Shown: positions 53,101 to 64,000, numbered from the stretch's first letter. The stretch: DNA of 64,000 nucleotides from Histomonas meleagridis 2922-C6/04-290x (GCA_020184695.1 JAANOX010000099.1:186001-250000); one strand, 5' to 3'. The notes: generated by a model not told the origin, from the sequence alone. Numbers and translations are program-made.

Positions 53101-53919
53101 AAGGTTTTCTTGGCGCCAGTTAATGTTATCACTGAATTAGATGGTTATATTGCAGCGTTTATTGGAGGACAACTTCAAATGTTAATGTTTGTGAATGAAA
53201 AACAATATAAAGTAGTGTCACAATTAAATGGACATTTTATCCCTTCGCAAATGTTATCATTGAAAAATTTGTTGTTTTATATCGATATATATAAAGGATG
53301 TCAATTAATTCGATGGAGGAATTATGGACACAAATTAATTACTATGGCAAAAGATTTCTTAACTTTCTCTCCAATAGCTGGAGCTTTACTTACAAAAAAA
53401 GGTGTTTTAGCAACTTGTTTATTCGATAATTTCGGTAATGTCCAAATCTCTGATATCGATGAATACGCAATACCAATTGATGCTTTCGTGAGGAAATCAA
53501 TTTTCTATTTGGGTTGTCGACCTTTAAATTCCGGATTCTTCCCAATAAAAAGCGCAATCAGTAATGAAATCGATGGACACTTCGGTTGGTTCGTTTCTGA
53601 CCATGGGAAATTCGGTATATTATCGCCAATTAATAACGAGTTGGACCGAAGAAGACTTTGTTTGGTCCAATCTTTGTTCGAAAAAACTCTGACAGGGTTC
53701 TCCCACTTGGAGTACAGATGTGGGAAGTTCCCTTTGCTGGAAAACCAAGAGCTGATGATCGAGCAGCCGAGGCTTGTCGTCGATATGGATTTGATGATGG
53801 ACTTCTTGGAGGCACAGCCTGACTTGCAAAAGCAATGTATGAAATCAATTGGTAGAAGTTCAATCGATTTGATCGCTTCAATTAATGAAATTTATGGAGT
53901 TTCAAAAATTTTCGAATAA
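50140..53919 (+). CDS. CPSF1: Cleavage and polyadenylation specificity factor 160-kDa subunit (CPSF A subunit family)
   Basis: IRFLEGYNRPTLAIVHEP; LAIGTGYMCHEERLMRGRLAIY; IDIYKGCQLIRW; 1259-aa beta-propeller-type protein. Confidence 0.85.
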   Translation: MDTAYRTICDPPAFTTATKCILPFSQNECIAAASGSKLQIYTFDEEGFHLIWEKNFWANIFSVVRHRMGDYDILILGCDYSKVVALQAVGDIDLQETEFHRFDVCDTSTCLRYPPKMIIDPNDSCIALLLGGDQLLFLTLFDPNDFSKSERPILETGQHSGWNIITGAIHHNLLHDYDPPFFRTIDIRFLEGYNRPTLAIVHEPIPTFSVRLPIQKSTITVSLISPLLIRRRGEQSDLKKSSWNSRPIPHNFICIIPVFVPHGGFIVLTKNAILYMTHTSGFAYGLNSLAVIDDECPYEISDHCETPHEIYSSAYCVLDSNHILITVDQHVPAILTLHDNGIDITGMSLYVHEDFEFHPSLFLHYKDNLIFAASTIQDTYMLSLNYQTEDISNSYFNEFQLTESQKTLFQMLYKELPEPVSRHIITKMDITIVGVIYQIGTVTCSTPFINFDDTSITQGINNEAISMALGCGFKKSSCLQYLRTSLTPNILASFNMTDVISIFTSNYFDYVLLSQQTSTAVRQLNMNNFNELDEETLKIFVTNEPTIIAGDFMDSFVQITSTSIRLIRDNILLYQFDPPIGREIKTAKISKDYIIIILSDHTVLICSEILNDELYFVPLNLPVNATTGKQPQIYRLAIYDDYIFMLQNNHTLHIYSISEQKVIAFYEQFKYFSDLIYPQCQINNSGFQLITVVDMNIIEIDKKPFLIMLMREGNLIIYQIHYFGNYNFGFRKIKTRRFTSSGKTCKFGSIISFTNINGYSGAYICCEHPMYILSECGYPRIIPSPIGIYCTQYHQSLMLIDNNDIKLINFDNLTQKETHIIDGCIVQRIKVGQTIRSMTFAPSWRAIIFFSSYPILFTHENEPDIDPEASLTPHYQKPPTPPREFDSIDGLPLKYEEHYDLNIITSEGIIKALSLDNHEYGNCVSFIRTSENYQVPNSTLSEYLAIGTGYMCHEERLMRGRLAIYKGSIIQSDENNGNEYQLQELFSKVFLAPVNVITELDGYIAAFIGGQLQMLMFVNEKQYKVVSQLNGHFIPSQMLSLKNLLFYIDIYKGCQLIRWRNYGHKLITMAKDFLTFSPIAGALLTKKGVLATCLFDNFGNVQISDIDEYAIPIDAFVRKSIFYLGCRPLNSGFFPIKSAISNEIDGHFGWFVSDHGKFGILSPINNELDRRRLCLVQSLFEKTLTGFSHLEYRCGKFPLLENQELMIEQPRLVVDMDLMMDFLEAQPDLQKQCMKSIGRSSIDLIASINEIYGVSKIFE

Positions 53920-54097
53920 ATAAAAAATAAATATATGACACTTTTGCTATAAATCAATGAAAAAATGCTGAAGTTTTGTTGTTCGTTTTCCCATAATAAA
54001 ATTATTTGGAGAAAATTAAAAATATGTTTAAAAGTTGTTGAATGGGACATTGAGCCAAAGTGAATTATCTGTCCTAAAAAGTACTGTCTATAAATAT

Positions 54098-55303
54098 TTA
54101 TTCATACAATTTATTAAGACCATCTGAGAGCTTCCATAACAAGTGATTATGCTTCATCATGATTTCCTCATCTGCCAAACATTGCTCTGGCCTCGTTAAA
54201 TAACATCCGACTAACTCTGCTACCCCACCAGGAATACAAAGCGCATGCAATCCAACATATAGACCGCTTTTGCAAACATCATTTTGCTTAGAGTCAACAA
54301 CCGCAAGCGAATACCCGAAATACTTTTTCCACAATGGATTCGACGGATCATTTTTTGTTGCTCTGTTTAAAGCGGATTCATACACAGCCTCAATAACATT
54401 TTTCTCATTTTCACATTTACACATTTTTATTGCTTCATCGAATGTCCGAATTTTAGGGTTCTTTCGAAGTGTTATTCTTTCTTCTTCTGTTAATACATGT
54501 GAAGAAGTCGTCTCAAGAATTGTTTTCATCTCATGAATGGAATCATCAGACAAAAGACATTCGTTTAAATGATCAATAACTCCTTCGATAATGTGCGAGA
54601 AATTATACAAAAAATCATTTTCCCGAAGTACAGTTAATATCGAAGAATTTTCAGTAAATGGAAGAAAAAGTCCGCGAGATGTAAATGTCGGTGTTGAAAA
54701 TATGTGATAATTGGATAAAAAGGAGCTTGAGGTGGAATGAAGTAGACGTGCAAAGGGAATATTATATGTGTTTGTGGAAAAATAAAGCTTATGACCACTG
54801 GAAAGATTGCGAATTTTTTGATTAGTAATTTCACCCCATTGCCAAATCATAAGATGAAATTTGGTCATTATGGATTGACAACCTCCTTTTTCTTCTTCAA
54901 TGCCCCATGAATAAGGCGAACAATTATAACCTATGCATTGAACATTATGTGGATCCTGTTTTGTGAGTAAAATAATATTTTCAGTAAGTTCTGTGATATT
55001 GGAAAATTCTGTTGAAGTAAATGAAGTTGGACTTGGAAGATACCTATTTGGACTGAGTTCAGTTATCATAACATGATTAAGAAGTGAATATGGTGAAAGA
55101 ACTGCTATAACTGATAAATGTGAATTTTGATAATTTAAGTCAAAAATAGATTCCTTTTGAAGAACATCAACAAGATAAGCAATGTCGAGTGAATGTTGTG
55201 GTCGCTGCCTTAAAGGAAGTTGGTAATCCTTTGGGTATTTTTCTCCATCAGGAAGAAGTGGAATTAAAGGGCATGATATAGGAAAAGCCTCGATTTCTTC
55301 CAT
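54098..55303 (-). CDS. Hypothetical 401-aa protein
   Basis: Long ORF with balanced composition; no family recognised (QSIMTKFHL is weakly HIT-like). Confidence 0.75.
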   Translation of the reverse strand: MEEIEAFPISCPLIPLLPDGEKYPKDYQLPLRQRPQHSLDIAYLVDVLQKESIFDLNYQNSHLSVIAVLSPYSLLNHVMITELSPNRYLPSPTSFTSTEFSNITELTENIILLTKQDPHNVQCIGYNCSPYSWGIEEEKGGCQSIMTKFHLMIWQWGEITNQKIRNLSSGHKLYFSTNTYNIPFARLLHSTSSSFLSNYHIFSTPTFTSRGLFLPFTENSSILTVLRENDFLYNFSHIIEGVIDHLNECLLSDDSIHEMKTILETTSSHVLTEEERITLRKNPKIRTFDEAIKMCKCENEKNVIEAVYESALNRATKNDPSNPLWKKYFGYSLAVVDSKQNDVCKSGLYVGLHALCIPGGVAELVGCYLTRPEQCLADEEIMMKHNHLLWKLSDGLNKLYE

Positions 55304-55610
55304 TTTACTCGAACGATTACCATACCGATCAATAAACTATTCAATAGCCACACCATTAAACTTGAAGAAAAATTCCATAAAACAAAGAATACAATTCTAA
55401 ATAATGAAAGAAACACTTACAAATTTTGAACTATTACTATATGAAATTTGTTCATTTCTAACAAAACAATGTTTCATGAAAACTTATGAAGTATTTTTTT
55501 TCTATAGCAAAATGTATTATTTATTATATAACTCTAAATTAACAGATACAAGGAGATATGTATGTAGAAATGAGGAAACCATTCATCATTTGCAGGTGCA
55601 CATAAACTTT

Positions 55611-56390
55611 TCATTGTGCTTCTTTGCATTGCTCATCATTCAGTTGTATTATGACACTGAACGTGGAGTTATTTGGGTAGGAGAAAAAGTTCCTGTAAAC
55701 CGGCAAAGAACGTAAAAAAAATGCGGAGTGAGAAGCGCAGCCGCAATTACCATCATCGTTTCCATCAACGCACTTTCCAACGCCATCGATATTTACTGAA
55801 TATCCATAATTTTCACAAACCCATGAGCACCAACAATAAAACTCAGTTCGGTTCAATTCAAACTTATGATCTTTGTGTCTGAATTTGCCGAATCTTCTGT
55901 CATGGCCAAATGATTTTGTTAATATGTCATTATATTCAATATTTGGAGTGGTAATATATATACAAAATGGACAAATACGATGGAAAATTTGGTAAAGAGC
56001 TAATTCTAAATCATTTGGTTCCAAATGTTCCATTAATTCTAACATTGTGATAAATGGACAACAGAGATTTTGATGAACAAAATCATTGCTAAAATTGGTA
56101 ACATCTTGGTTGAATAAAAATATTGGAAATGATCTTGAATTTGAATAAAAAACTTGTGGAGCAGATAAATAATTAGATCCTTTTTGAAGAGCTCTTAAAT
56201 CTTTGTCAGCTCCAACAATGAATTGTAGATTCCCCGGGTTTCGGCTTAAATAAAAAATAAAATCACAATCTGCACAACCAAGATCTAAAACATAATAGGG
56301 ATTTATTTCTTGAATATAACGTAACGCATGGTGGTATCTTTGTGTATGAAGAGGACAAAAAAAAGGATTTGTGATTTGACAGGAATCCAT
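55611..56390 (-). CDS. HEN1: Small-RNA 3'-terminal 2'-O-methyltransferase, HEN1/HENMT1 family
   Basis: VLDLGCAD, GAD, LELMEHL, ITTPNIEYN, FRHKDHKFELNRTEF, YGYSVNIDGVG, ASHSAFF. Confidence 0.88.
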   Translation of the reverse strand: MDSCQITNPFFCPLHTQRYHHALRYIQEINPYYVLDLGCADCDFIFYLSRNPGNLQFIVGADKDLRALQKGSNYLSAPQVFYSNSRSFPIFLFNQDVTNFSNDFVHQNLCCPFITMLELMEHLEPNDLELALYQIFHRICPFCIYITTPNIEYNDILTKSFGHDRRFGKFRHKDHKFELNRTEFYCWCSWVCENYGYSVNIDGVGKCVDGNDDGNCGCASHSAFFLRSLPVYRNFFSYPNNSTFSVIIQLNDEQCKEAQ

Positions 56391-56599
56391 TTCCTGGAAC
56401 AAAAAAGACCATTTTTGAATTTTTAAATACTTTATTTTAGTGAAAACAAAAAGTGCTGGTTCAAAGACAGAGATGATGAATATAAGTTTGTTTCATAAAA
56501 AAGATAGTTAATAAACTTCATAAAATATACCATAACTTTATCTAGTTGTTTTGGTTTACTTTTTTGATATAGATAAGCTTCTTTTTGGATGATCTATTA

Positions 56600-57150
56600 A
56601 ATGGCAATGCTTGATTGGAAAAAAATTCATCAATAAGAAATCTGATAATAAAATGCAAAAATTAAATTTTATCGAAAAATCAAGTTAAACATATCCATTA
56701 AATGCGATATAAATTGTTTTTGATTCATCAAATATTATGGAAAAAATATAACTTTCTCCAAAACAACAAATAGATTTTTACGATTCTTTGTACACTTAAA
56801 GTTGATAAGTTGATGATATTATATCCAAACAATGAAATAAAGTGCATTGCCAATTCCTCAAAAAAATAGGTTTAATCAAATAAATCCACTTTTTGTTCCA
56901 GAGCAATCAAAGATGTCTTTAGTAATTTCGCCAAAAAGAAGGATCAAAGTGCAGAATGTAGGTAATTTATGAATTTTGTATAGTTTACATAAAAGGTATT
57001 GAGTTCTTTTTACCAAAAGTGACATCTTTACACATCTTATCAAATTTCTGACAACCTACCGTCTATCAAAAATTGAATAAGATTTGAATTCAAATATTTG
57101 CGGTTGAGCATTCAATTAACGTTCTATGGAGAAAAGAAAAAAAGCTTTTT
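56600..57150 (-). pseudogene. Possible eroded BspA/LRR relic
   Basis: Short minus-strand pieces CKDVTFGKKNSIP, IFDCSG and IGNAL amid stops; weak support. Confidence 0.3.
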
Positions 57151-57336
57151 CCTGGGGTTAATAGAGAATTTCGAGGAAATATTTTGAGAATAAAAATACC
57201 ACTGTATCAATTAATAATATAAATAAGTTTAAATTGCACTTAAAATGTAGATATCAAAATAAAAAATGATTTTTTTATTATAACTAACTCAAATCCCTTT
57301 CAATTTTTCAGACATTAAACAAAAGATAGGAGGTTT

Positions 57337-60300
57337 ATGATTTTCTTGTTTCCTTGTCTTTCTTATGCATTATTTGAAATTATTATTGATAAAAAGATTC
57401 ACATTACAGCAGAAAGTTTGAATCAAGCATATTATGAAGCATTAAACATTGATAATTCGACAAACTTTTCAGATGTTGAAATCGTGAGTGGTGAAGTTAT
57501 TTATAATGAAATTGATTCTGACCAATGGGAAATGATTCTTAATTTTTCTGTTTCTGGAGATGTTAATATTAATTCCTATACATTATACCTAATTTTCTTG
57601 AATTTAATACATGTAGAAAACATTTACCTAGGTGTTACATTAGGAACTGATTCCGTTTTGAGTTTCATTTCTTGTAGAAATCTGAAATATATTTCTTTTG
57701 CAAATATTTTTCGAATTGAGCCATATATGTTTTTAAGGTATGTCAAATTGATAACAGTTGATCCTCCTACGTTGTCTTATGTTGGTGAAGGTGCTTTTCA
57801 AATGCGTGTAAGTTTTGAATCAAGCATATCATGAAGCATTAAACATTGATAATTCGACAAATTTTTCAGATGTTGAAATCGTTAATGGCGAATATATTTT
57901 CAATGAAGTCGATAATAATCAGTGGGAAATGATTCATAATCTTACTATTTCTAGTGATGTTAATTTTGATTCATATGACTTATTTTTGATTATCCCAATG
58001 TTAATACAAATAGAAAATATTTATTTGGGTATTACAATAAAACGTGATTCCTATTTGAATTTCGAGAATTTTGAGCATTTGAAATATATTTTTTTTGCAA
58101 ACATTTCCCAATTTAATACAAATATGTTTTCATATTGTAATAACCTGGTTACTGTTGAAGCTCCTACGTTGGCTTGTATTGGTGAGTATACGTTTCGAAT
58201 GTGTAAAAACCTTAAATCAATTTCATTTCCAAACGTTATAGAAATAGATGATTATGCATTTTCTTGCTGTGCAGCACTACAGAGTGTTAGTTTTCCTCAA
58301 CTCAAAAATTGTGGATCTAACGCTTTTGAATATTGTCCAATCACAACAATAAGTTTTCCATTTCTCAGCGAAGTTTCTCCATATATGTTTTCTTCATGCG
58401 GAAACATGGAAACTGCTTATTTACCAAATGTTACTACGATTGGTGCTTATGCTTTTTTGCATTGCTTCAGCTTAGTCGATGTAAACATCACAAAAGTTGA
58501 ATACATTTGTGAAGGAGCGTTCAATTATGCATACAATCTCAGAACCCTCGAATTACCTTCAATTATAAATGTTGGCGGACCTTTTCTTGTTGAATGTTCT
58601 AGGCTAATCAATATTTCTTTACCCAATGCAATTCGTGTTCCAGATTATATGTTTGCTAATTTATCAAACACGTTACATATATATATTCCAAAAGTTGTTT
58701 CTATTGGAAAACATTCATTTTGAACAATATTTTTTCGGTGAGAATACTTTTGAACAACTTAAAATCAAAGAAATTGATGATTACGCATTTTCAGGTTGTG
58801 TTTGTTCTGATGATTTAACATTTGATTATTGTGAATATGTTGGAAATTTTGCGTTTTGTAATACGCTTGTATTTGGTATTTCATTACCAAATCTTAAATC
58901 ATGTGGAAATTATTCGTTTTGTTCATTTGGTTATATTGAAGAATTATATTTTCCTAATCTTGAAAGTTGTGGTGATTATTCATTTTCATATAATTTTAAT
59001 TTGATTAATGTTACATTTCCTTCATTAATTACGATTGGAGATTCGCCATTTGAAGAATGTCCAAATTTAGAGATCATGAATTTACCAAATTTAGTTCAAG
59101 TAAATGATTATTTTATATCTAATGTTAATATGAATCATTTTGAATTTTTAAAATTAAAATATATTGGATCTAATTCATTTACGAAAGCATGTGACAAAGT
59201 TGAAAATATTAATTTTCCAGAAGTCATCTCAATTGGTGATTATTTTTTAAAAGATTGTCAACGAATTCGAAGTATTTCATTACCAAACGTAGAAAATATT
59301 GGTAAATATGCATTTTATAATTGTAGTAATTTAATTGAAGTTTCATTACCAAAATTAAAATATTTTGACTCAGAATTATTTTATTATTGTAATTTAATTG
59401 AAAATATTTCATTCCCAGCACTTGAAACTATTGGTAATAATTTTTTAATTCATTGTTATAATATTAAAATAATAAATTTACCAAAAGTTCGAAATATTAT
59501 TAATACAGCATTTTATAATTGTAGTTCGATTTATGAATTAAATTTAAATAATATCACGAATGTAAACGAAGGACCGATTGCTAAATATTGTAAGTCATTA
59601 AAAATCATTCACATGAATTCACTTGAAAGTTCACCAAGATTTTTTTATTTGCGCACATGCAAAGTCTTGAAGAAGTTTCATTAAGAAAAATTAAAAAAAT
59701 TACGAAAAGTTATTTATTTTTATAATTGCACAAATTTACGAAACATTAATATGCCAAACTTTGAAACAATGATTGAATCTGATTCAGGTTATGAATTTGC
59801 ATATTGTTCATCACTCGAAACAATAAAATTACCATCAATAGAAGAATTCTATGGTCGAAATACATTTCAGAATTGCACATCATTAGTAGCAATTAACTTT
59901 TCAAAAGCGATAAGAATTGTCGAATATATGTTTTTAAACTGTATTAATTTGATTTACATTGAAGTACCCAAAGTTACAATACTTTCATCATATTGTTTTA
60001 AAGATTGCATATCATTAAATGAAGCTGGATTTACAAGTGTTACCTTTTTTGAAGGCGATGGACATTTTTCAGGATGTGTTAACTTAGAAAAAATTTATCT
60101 TCAAAAGTTAAATGAAGTATCAAATAACGCGACAAAAATATTTGAGAATTGTAAACGCTTAACAATTATTTGGTTACCATCTTCTCCACCAAAAACATTT
60201 AATGAATATATATTTTCAACTATAAAAAAAGGAAACTTAAGTATTTGTTTGCCAGCTAAAGACGCTTATGAAAATTATGGAAACGATTGTGGTGTATCAA

Positions 60301-60551
60301 CATGTCCTAAAAATTATTGGAAAGGAATAAATATTGAAATTGATGATGATTTAATTCAGGAATGTATTTATTTACAGAATGATAATGGCAACAAAATACT
60401 ACTCATTGCACTCTTATGCATATTAATTCCGGCTTTTTTGGTAATATGTACTTATATACTGTTGCTTTACTTATTTAAAAAGAATAAACAAGAAAAAGAA
60501 TCACTCGAAACTACGCCTCACTTAAATATTTCGATCATTGATCCCATTTAA
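57337..60551 (+). pseudogene. BspA-like LRR surface protein 3, broken by at least 4 frameshifts, with a duplicated N-terminal segment
   Basis: LRRs (AF..C..L..VSFP) run through ORFs 57337, 57815, 58626 and 59751. Signal peptide at 57337; TM segment ILLIALLCILIPAFLVICTYILLLYLF. Breaks at T4 57813-16, near 58715-58760, T7 59640-46 and T5 59717-21. Confidence 0.75.
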
Positions 60552-60699
60552 AGAATTTCGGTTTTATTATTAAATATTATGTCTATTTTTTTAATTTTTT
60601 ATTTGGAATATAAGCAGAACTTATAGCATGAGAGTTTTGGTATAATAATTTGTAATTCAACATATTAAAATATTTTTAAATTAGTGGTCTAAAACATGA

Positions 60700-61510
60700 A
60701 AAATATTATAATGATGCAAGTGCAGCTGTTAATTCAGATGCAGTTGTAGTTAATAATTGGGACATTACAAATATTTGCACTGCTTATACAGCCTTTCAAA
60801 CCATTGGGTGTAAAATGATATTATTTCCACAAACATTAACAAACGGAATTACGTTATCCATTGTTCGATATGGACAATCTGTAGATGAATTAATTCAAAT
60901 TACTTCTTTAGATTCAGGATATGTATATGATTGTGATATTACTATGGATTTGATAACATAAACTTTTACGAAGTCAAATACTTTTTCTCATACATTTACA
61001 TCATCTAATACATTTTCGAATACTTTTACACAATCAAATACATTTTCGAATTCAAATTCATTTACTCAATCAAATGCATTCACCGAATCGAATTCATTTT
61101 CTAACACATTTACTATGTCAAACACGTTCTCACAATCAAATACATTCTCAAATACATTTTCAAATTAAGATTTATTTACTAAGTCAAATACATTTACAGA
61201 ATCATTAAAGTTTAATGAACGATATACGTATTCCATAACTATAATATATTCTATTGTATTTGAAGAGACTCATAGTATGACACAGGTGTATAATACAGCT
61301 ACAATAATAATAATCGTAGTCGTATGTATAGTTGTAGTTATTGTGATCATATGTTTAGTTGTCGTTTTATATATTCGTCATCAAAGAAATAACATACAGC
61401 AAACAGAAAAGGCTGAAAGTGTTGAATAGAAACTGAAACAACTAAAATGACTCATATTTGATGACCCATTTGCAGATGATTTCGTGGAAGATAATCGTAT
61501 AAACATCTGA
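60700..61510 (+). pseudogene. C-terminal relic of a BspA/Pmp-type surface protein
   Basis: ...CDITMDLIT*TFTKSNTFS... SNTF stalk repeats, TM segment IIIIVVVCIVVVIVIICLVVVLYI, tail FDDPFADDF; contains stops and frameshifts and has no N-terminus. Confidence 0.75.
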
Positions 61511-62159
61511 TAAATTAAATAGCTTTAGTAAACATTTATGGTTTGTATCTCAAAAATTTTTGGTTTCCAATATATTTGGGGGTGCCCACAACGATCGTGA
61601 TGACGGCCGTTTATTTCATAATTTTGAAGAATTCAACAATTGTTTTACACACTTTTTAATTGAGTTCAATATACCAATATATTTTCTTGCTATTAAGCAT
61701 AGAAATTAGGTGTGACATCTACAAAATGTGTATTCATTGAAGAATGTATGTTAACATGTAGCAAGAGCAAACTCATTCATATAATGATAAGAAATTGGAT
61801 GAGAAAAATATATAAAACAATTAATTTTTTTCAGTAAATGATTTTTGGATTTGTTCTTGGCTTTTGTTAAATCGATTTTGCAGCAAAAAACATAAAGTCT
61901 AAATTTGAGTGCTTTACCTGTTTCAAAAAAATTAAACCGACCGTATATAAACTTCCATTTTATGCGAGAATGAACACCAAAAATAAAAGCTTGATCAAAA
62001 AACTTTTTTGAGTGATACTAAGTATGGAAAAGCATATATCAATATCTTTTTGTTACTCTAAATAAAAAAGTTTTCCAAATTCAATTTATGATATCTTATC
62101 CAAAAAATTATAAATAATCATAAATATATAATTTATTAACTCAAATACCAAAAATAATA

Positions 62160-64000
62160 TCATACGATTTGTTTTATATTATCGAAACGATATTGTTTCC
62201 ATACCGAACTTTGACTGTTTTGGAACAACATCGATTCCAACTCATTATTCACAAACAAAACATTTAAAACAGCGTTTTCTGTATCGAACATAATTAACTT
62301 TGGTGTCAACTCCTTTGTATTATTTATGTCGCGTCTGATTTCGAAGATAGTTCTTTTCCCAGTTATGTCCCATCCTCTGATTACATTATCTCCGCCGCCC
62401 GTAAACAGAAACTCATGTCCAAAATAGTTACCATGTGTCAATGATATTATAGGGCCTTCGTGGATGAAGAATTGGTTTATTGAACAGAGGCTTTTAATGT
62501 CCCATTCATTGGCAGTCATATCTTTGGAACCGGAAAATAAAATTGTTCCATCTTTTGATGATAATGAAGTGATTCCATCAACATGTAAGATTAACCGGCC
62601 AACGATTTTGCCTCTTTCATTCATGAGATGTATCGTGGGATATTGATCGGATGCTACTGCTAAGACTCCATCTAATCCACAAATTGATGTAACAGGACTT
62701 CTGCCATTAAATGTGGTACAAAATGTATTATGTGGTTTCTTGCCGCGACTCCAATCAATTAAATCAAAATTTAAGCCTTGTCTACGGGCTATTTCTTCAT
62801 TTAAATTATTCTTAAATGTGTCTGGATTACTTGAATTTGTAGCGCCAGGTTGATCCTTGAGCCAAAGGGATATAACACGGTCTGTTCCAACAACTATATA
62901 TTGATCCCAAATACAAATGCATGATTGGGCTAAACAACGAGCACCAACTTCAAAGTTATCAATTGGCTCAAGCGTCTCCATACTAAATGATTTTAAGCGA
63001 CAATCAGCTTGAATCCATATTTTTCCATCGGATTCATCGATGACCATTGAATTTGCTTCTTTGAAAAACCCTGTTGATATCTCTTTCCCACCATATTTTA
63101 GAGTGTGACTACTGTTTACACGGTTCTTATAAACATAGGCAAATTTGCTCTGAGATGAAAAACAACCGCACTGGATGCCCGTTAACTCCTCTTCGTTTGT
63201 TTGGCACTTTCCTTTGTAAAAGTTGAGAAGGGGTTCGTTATTTTCTATACTTTTTGGGATTTTGCGGGAAATGGGCCATTCAAAGAGGATTTCGTCAGAT
63301 ATTTTCTCGCGTAAGGTTTGGATTTGATCATGTCTTTTACCCGCATATGATTCTGATGTAATAGATAACATACGAGTTACACCAAATGAACTTGGTGTAG
63401 CAATTTGATTGTTTCTGTTAATTGGCGAAATGCGATCAATTTTAAGTTGATCATGCATTTGTCGAAGAACTTCATTAAATCGAATTTCAATATCAAATAA
63501 CATTTTTAATCGATCATTATCTGGTTTCTTGATTTGAGAGTTGGCCCGATGACTCAAATCAAGAAGGACATTATAATGTGAAAATTTTAGAGAATCAAGG
63601 GTATCAAAATCTAAATCTTCTTTTGGAATTTCTGGAAGTTTAGGAATATCATCTTCTGCTTCATTTGTTTCTTCGCGCTCTGAAACATATAAATTAAAAT
63701 ATGTGTTTATTTCTTCTTTTGCTGGAATTTGAGGAAGAACAAATTGATTAGGAGAACTTCTTAGAGCCTGAACTTCTGCTGTTTCTATTGGGCGATCCTC
63801 ATTTTGCGTTGGCTCTGGTTCATCTACTTGAAAACTAGGTTTGATGTTTGGATCTATAGCAAATTGTGGAGTTATTTGTGGGGTTAGAATTCTGTCTGTT
63901 TTATTAAGGAATTTGGTTTTATTATTATTGAACCAAAGTCGGATTTTCTTTTGGGGCCATCTTTCTTTATCTCCAAGTTCGTTAAATGTTTTGTCAACCA
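62160..64000 (-). CDS. WD40-repeat protein with homeodomain-like N-terminal motif; 5' end lies outside the window
   Basis: The frame of ORF 62160..63557 stays open to the window edge (...ERWPQKKIRLWFNNNKTKF...). WD repeats: LFSGSKDMTANEWD, LFTGGGDNVIRGWD. Confidence 0.85.
   Translation of the reverse strand, partial: VDKTFNELGDKERWPQKKIRLWFNNNKTKFLNKTDRILTPQITPQFAIDPNIKPSFQVDEPEPTQNEDRPIETAEVQALRSSPNQFVLPQIPAKEEINTYFNLYVSEREETNEAEDDIPKLPEIPKEDLDFDTLDSLKFSHYNVLLDLSHRANSQIKKPDNDRLKMLFDIEIRFNEVLRQMHDQLKIDRISPINRNNQIATPSSFGVTRMLSITSESYAGKRHDQIQTLREKISDEILFEWPISRKIPKSIENNEPLLNFYKGKCQTNEEELTGIQCGCFSSQSKFAYVYKNRVNSSHTLKYGGKEISTGFFKEANSMVIDESDGKIWIQADCRLKSFSMETLEPIDNFEVGARCLAQSCICIWDQYIVVGTDRVISLWLKDQPGATNSSNPDTFKNNLNEEIARRQGLNFDLIDWSRGKKPHNTFCTTFNGRSPVTSICGLDGVLAVASDQYPTIHLMNERGKIVGRLILHVDGITSLSSKDGTILFSGSKDMTANEWDIKSLCSINQFFIHEGPIISLTHGNYFGHEFLFTGGGDNVIRGWDITGKRTIFEIRRDINNTKELTPKLIMFDTENAVLNVLFVNNELESMLFQNSQSSVWKQYRFDNIKQIV

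Noticed and set aside
23939-56390. Functional cluster of RNA-processing genes (CBF5, Acinus-like, THADA, CPSF1, HEN1) around the split-ankyrin genes
   Set aside because: They are scattered over more than 30 kb among unrelated genes; eukaryotic gene order gives no support for a link.
57806-57870. GTAAGT...TTTTCAG as a spliceosomal intron fixing the first BspA3 frameshift
   Set aside because: GTAAGT gives the wrong phase, the trichomonad branch motif is absent, and the segment is clearly the coding start of the duplicated domain.
61570-61740. Possible kinase relic on the minus strand (TIVVGTPKYI)
   Set aside because: One short motif amid stops; too weak to call without a search.

Overview
AT-rich, gene-dense eukaryotic DNA that looks like a parabasalid protist (Trichomonas/Tritrichomonas/Histomonas group). 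This is inferred from BspA-type LRR surface proteins, DUF3447-type ankyrin genes, intron-free housekeeping genes, and Inr/M3/M5 core-promoter motifs. The window holds about 30 genes, including RPL10A (missed by the ORF track), RPL27A, NAC-beta, CBF5, CPSF160, THADA, HEN1, cathepsin L, kinases and tRNA-Leu(CAA), plus several relics (mariner transposase, PEK kinase, BspA fragments). The main observation concerns three ankyrin genes (7871-11236 +, 36313-40728 -, 40789-42972 +). In them every canonical ankyrin repeat is interrupted, inside the beta-hairpin, by an AT-rich spacer: 38 spacers in total, 29 exactly 80 nt. The spacers contain stops and frameshifts, and I found no frame-restoring GT-AG or AT-AC boundaries. 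The 38 repeat-coding blocks between them stay open. Each spacer hides, at a fixed distance from the next TAL, a 6-nt piece encoding the missing [FYHNLI]-[GEKD] hairpin residues. Removing a ~51-nt and a 17-nt segment rebuilds textbook repeats (DIFGWTAL, DNFGRTAL, NEFGRTAL, DIHEETAL). This suggests an unrecognised non-canonical double-excision/micro-exon system. It is an inference from DNA alone and needs RNA or peptide evidence.
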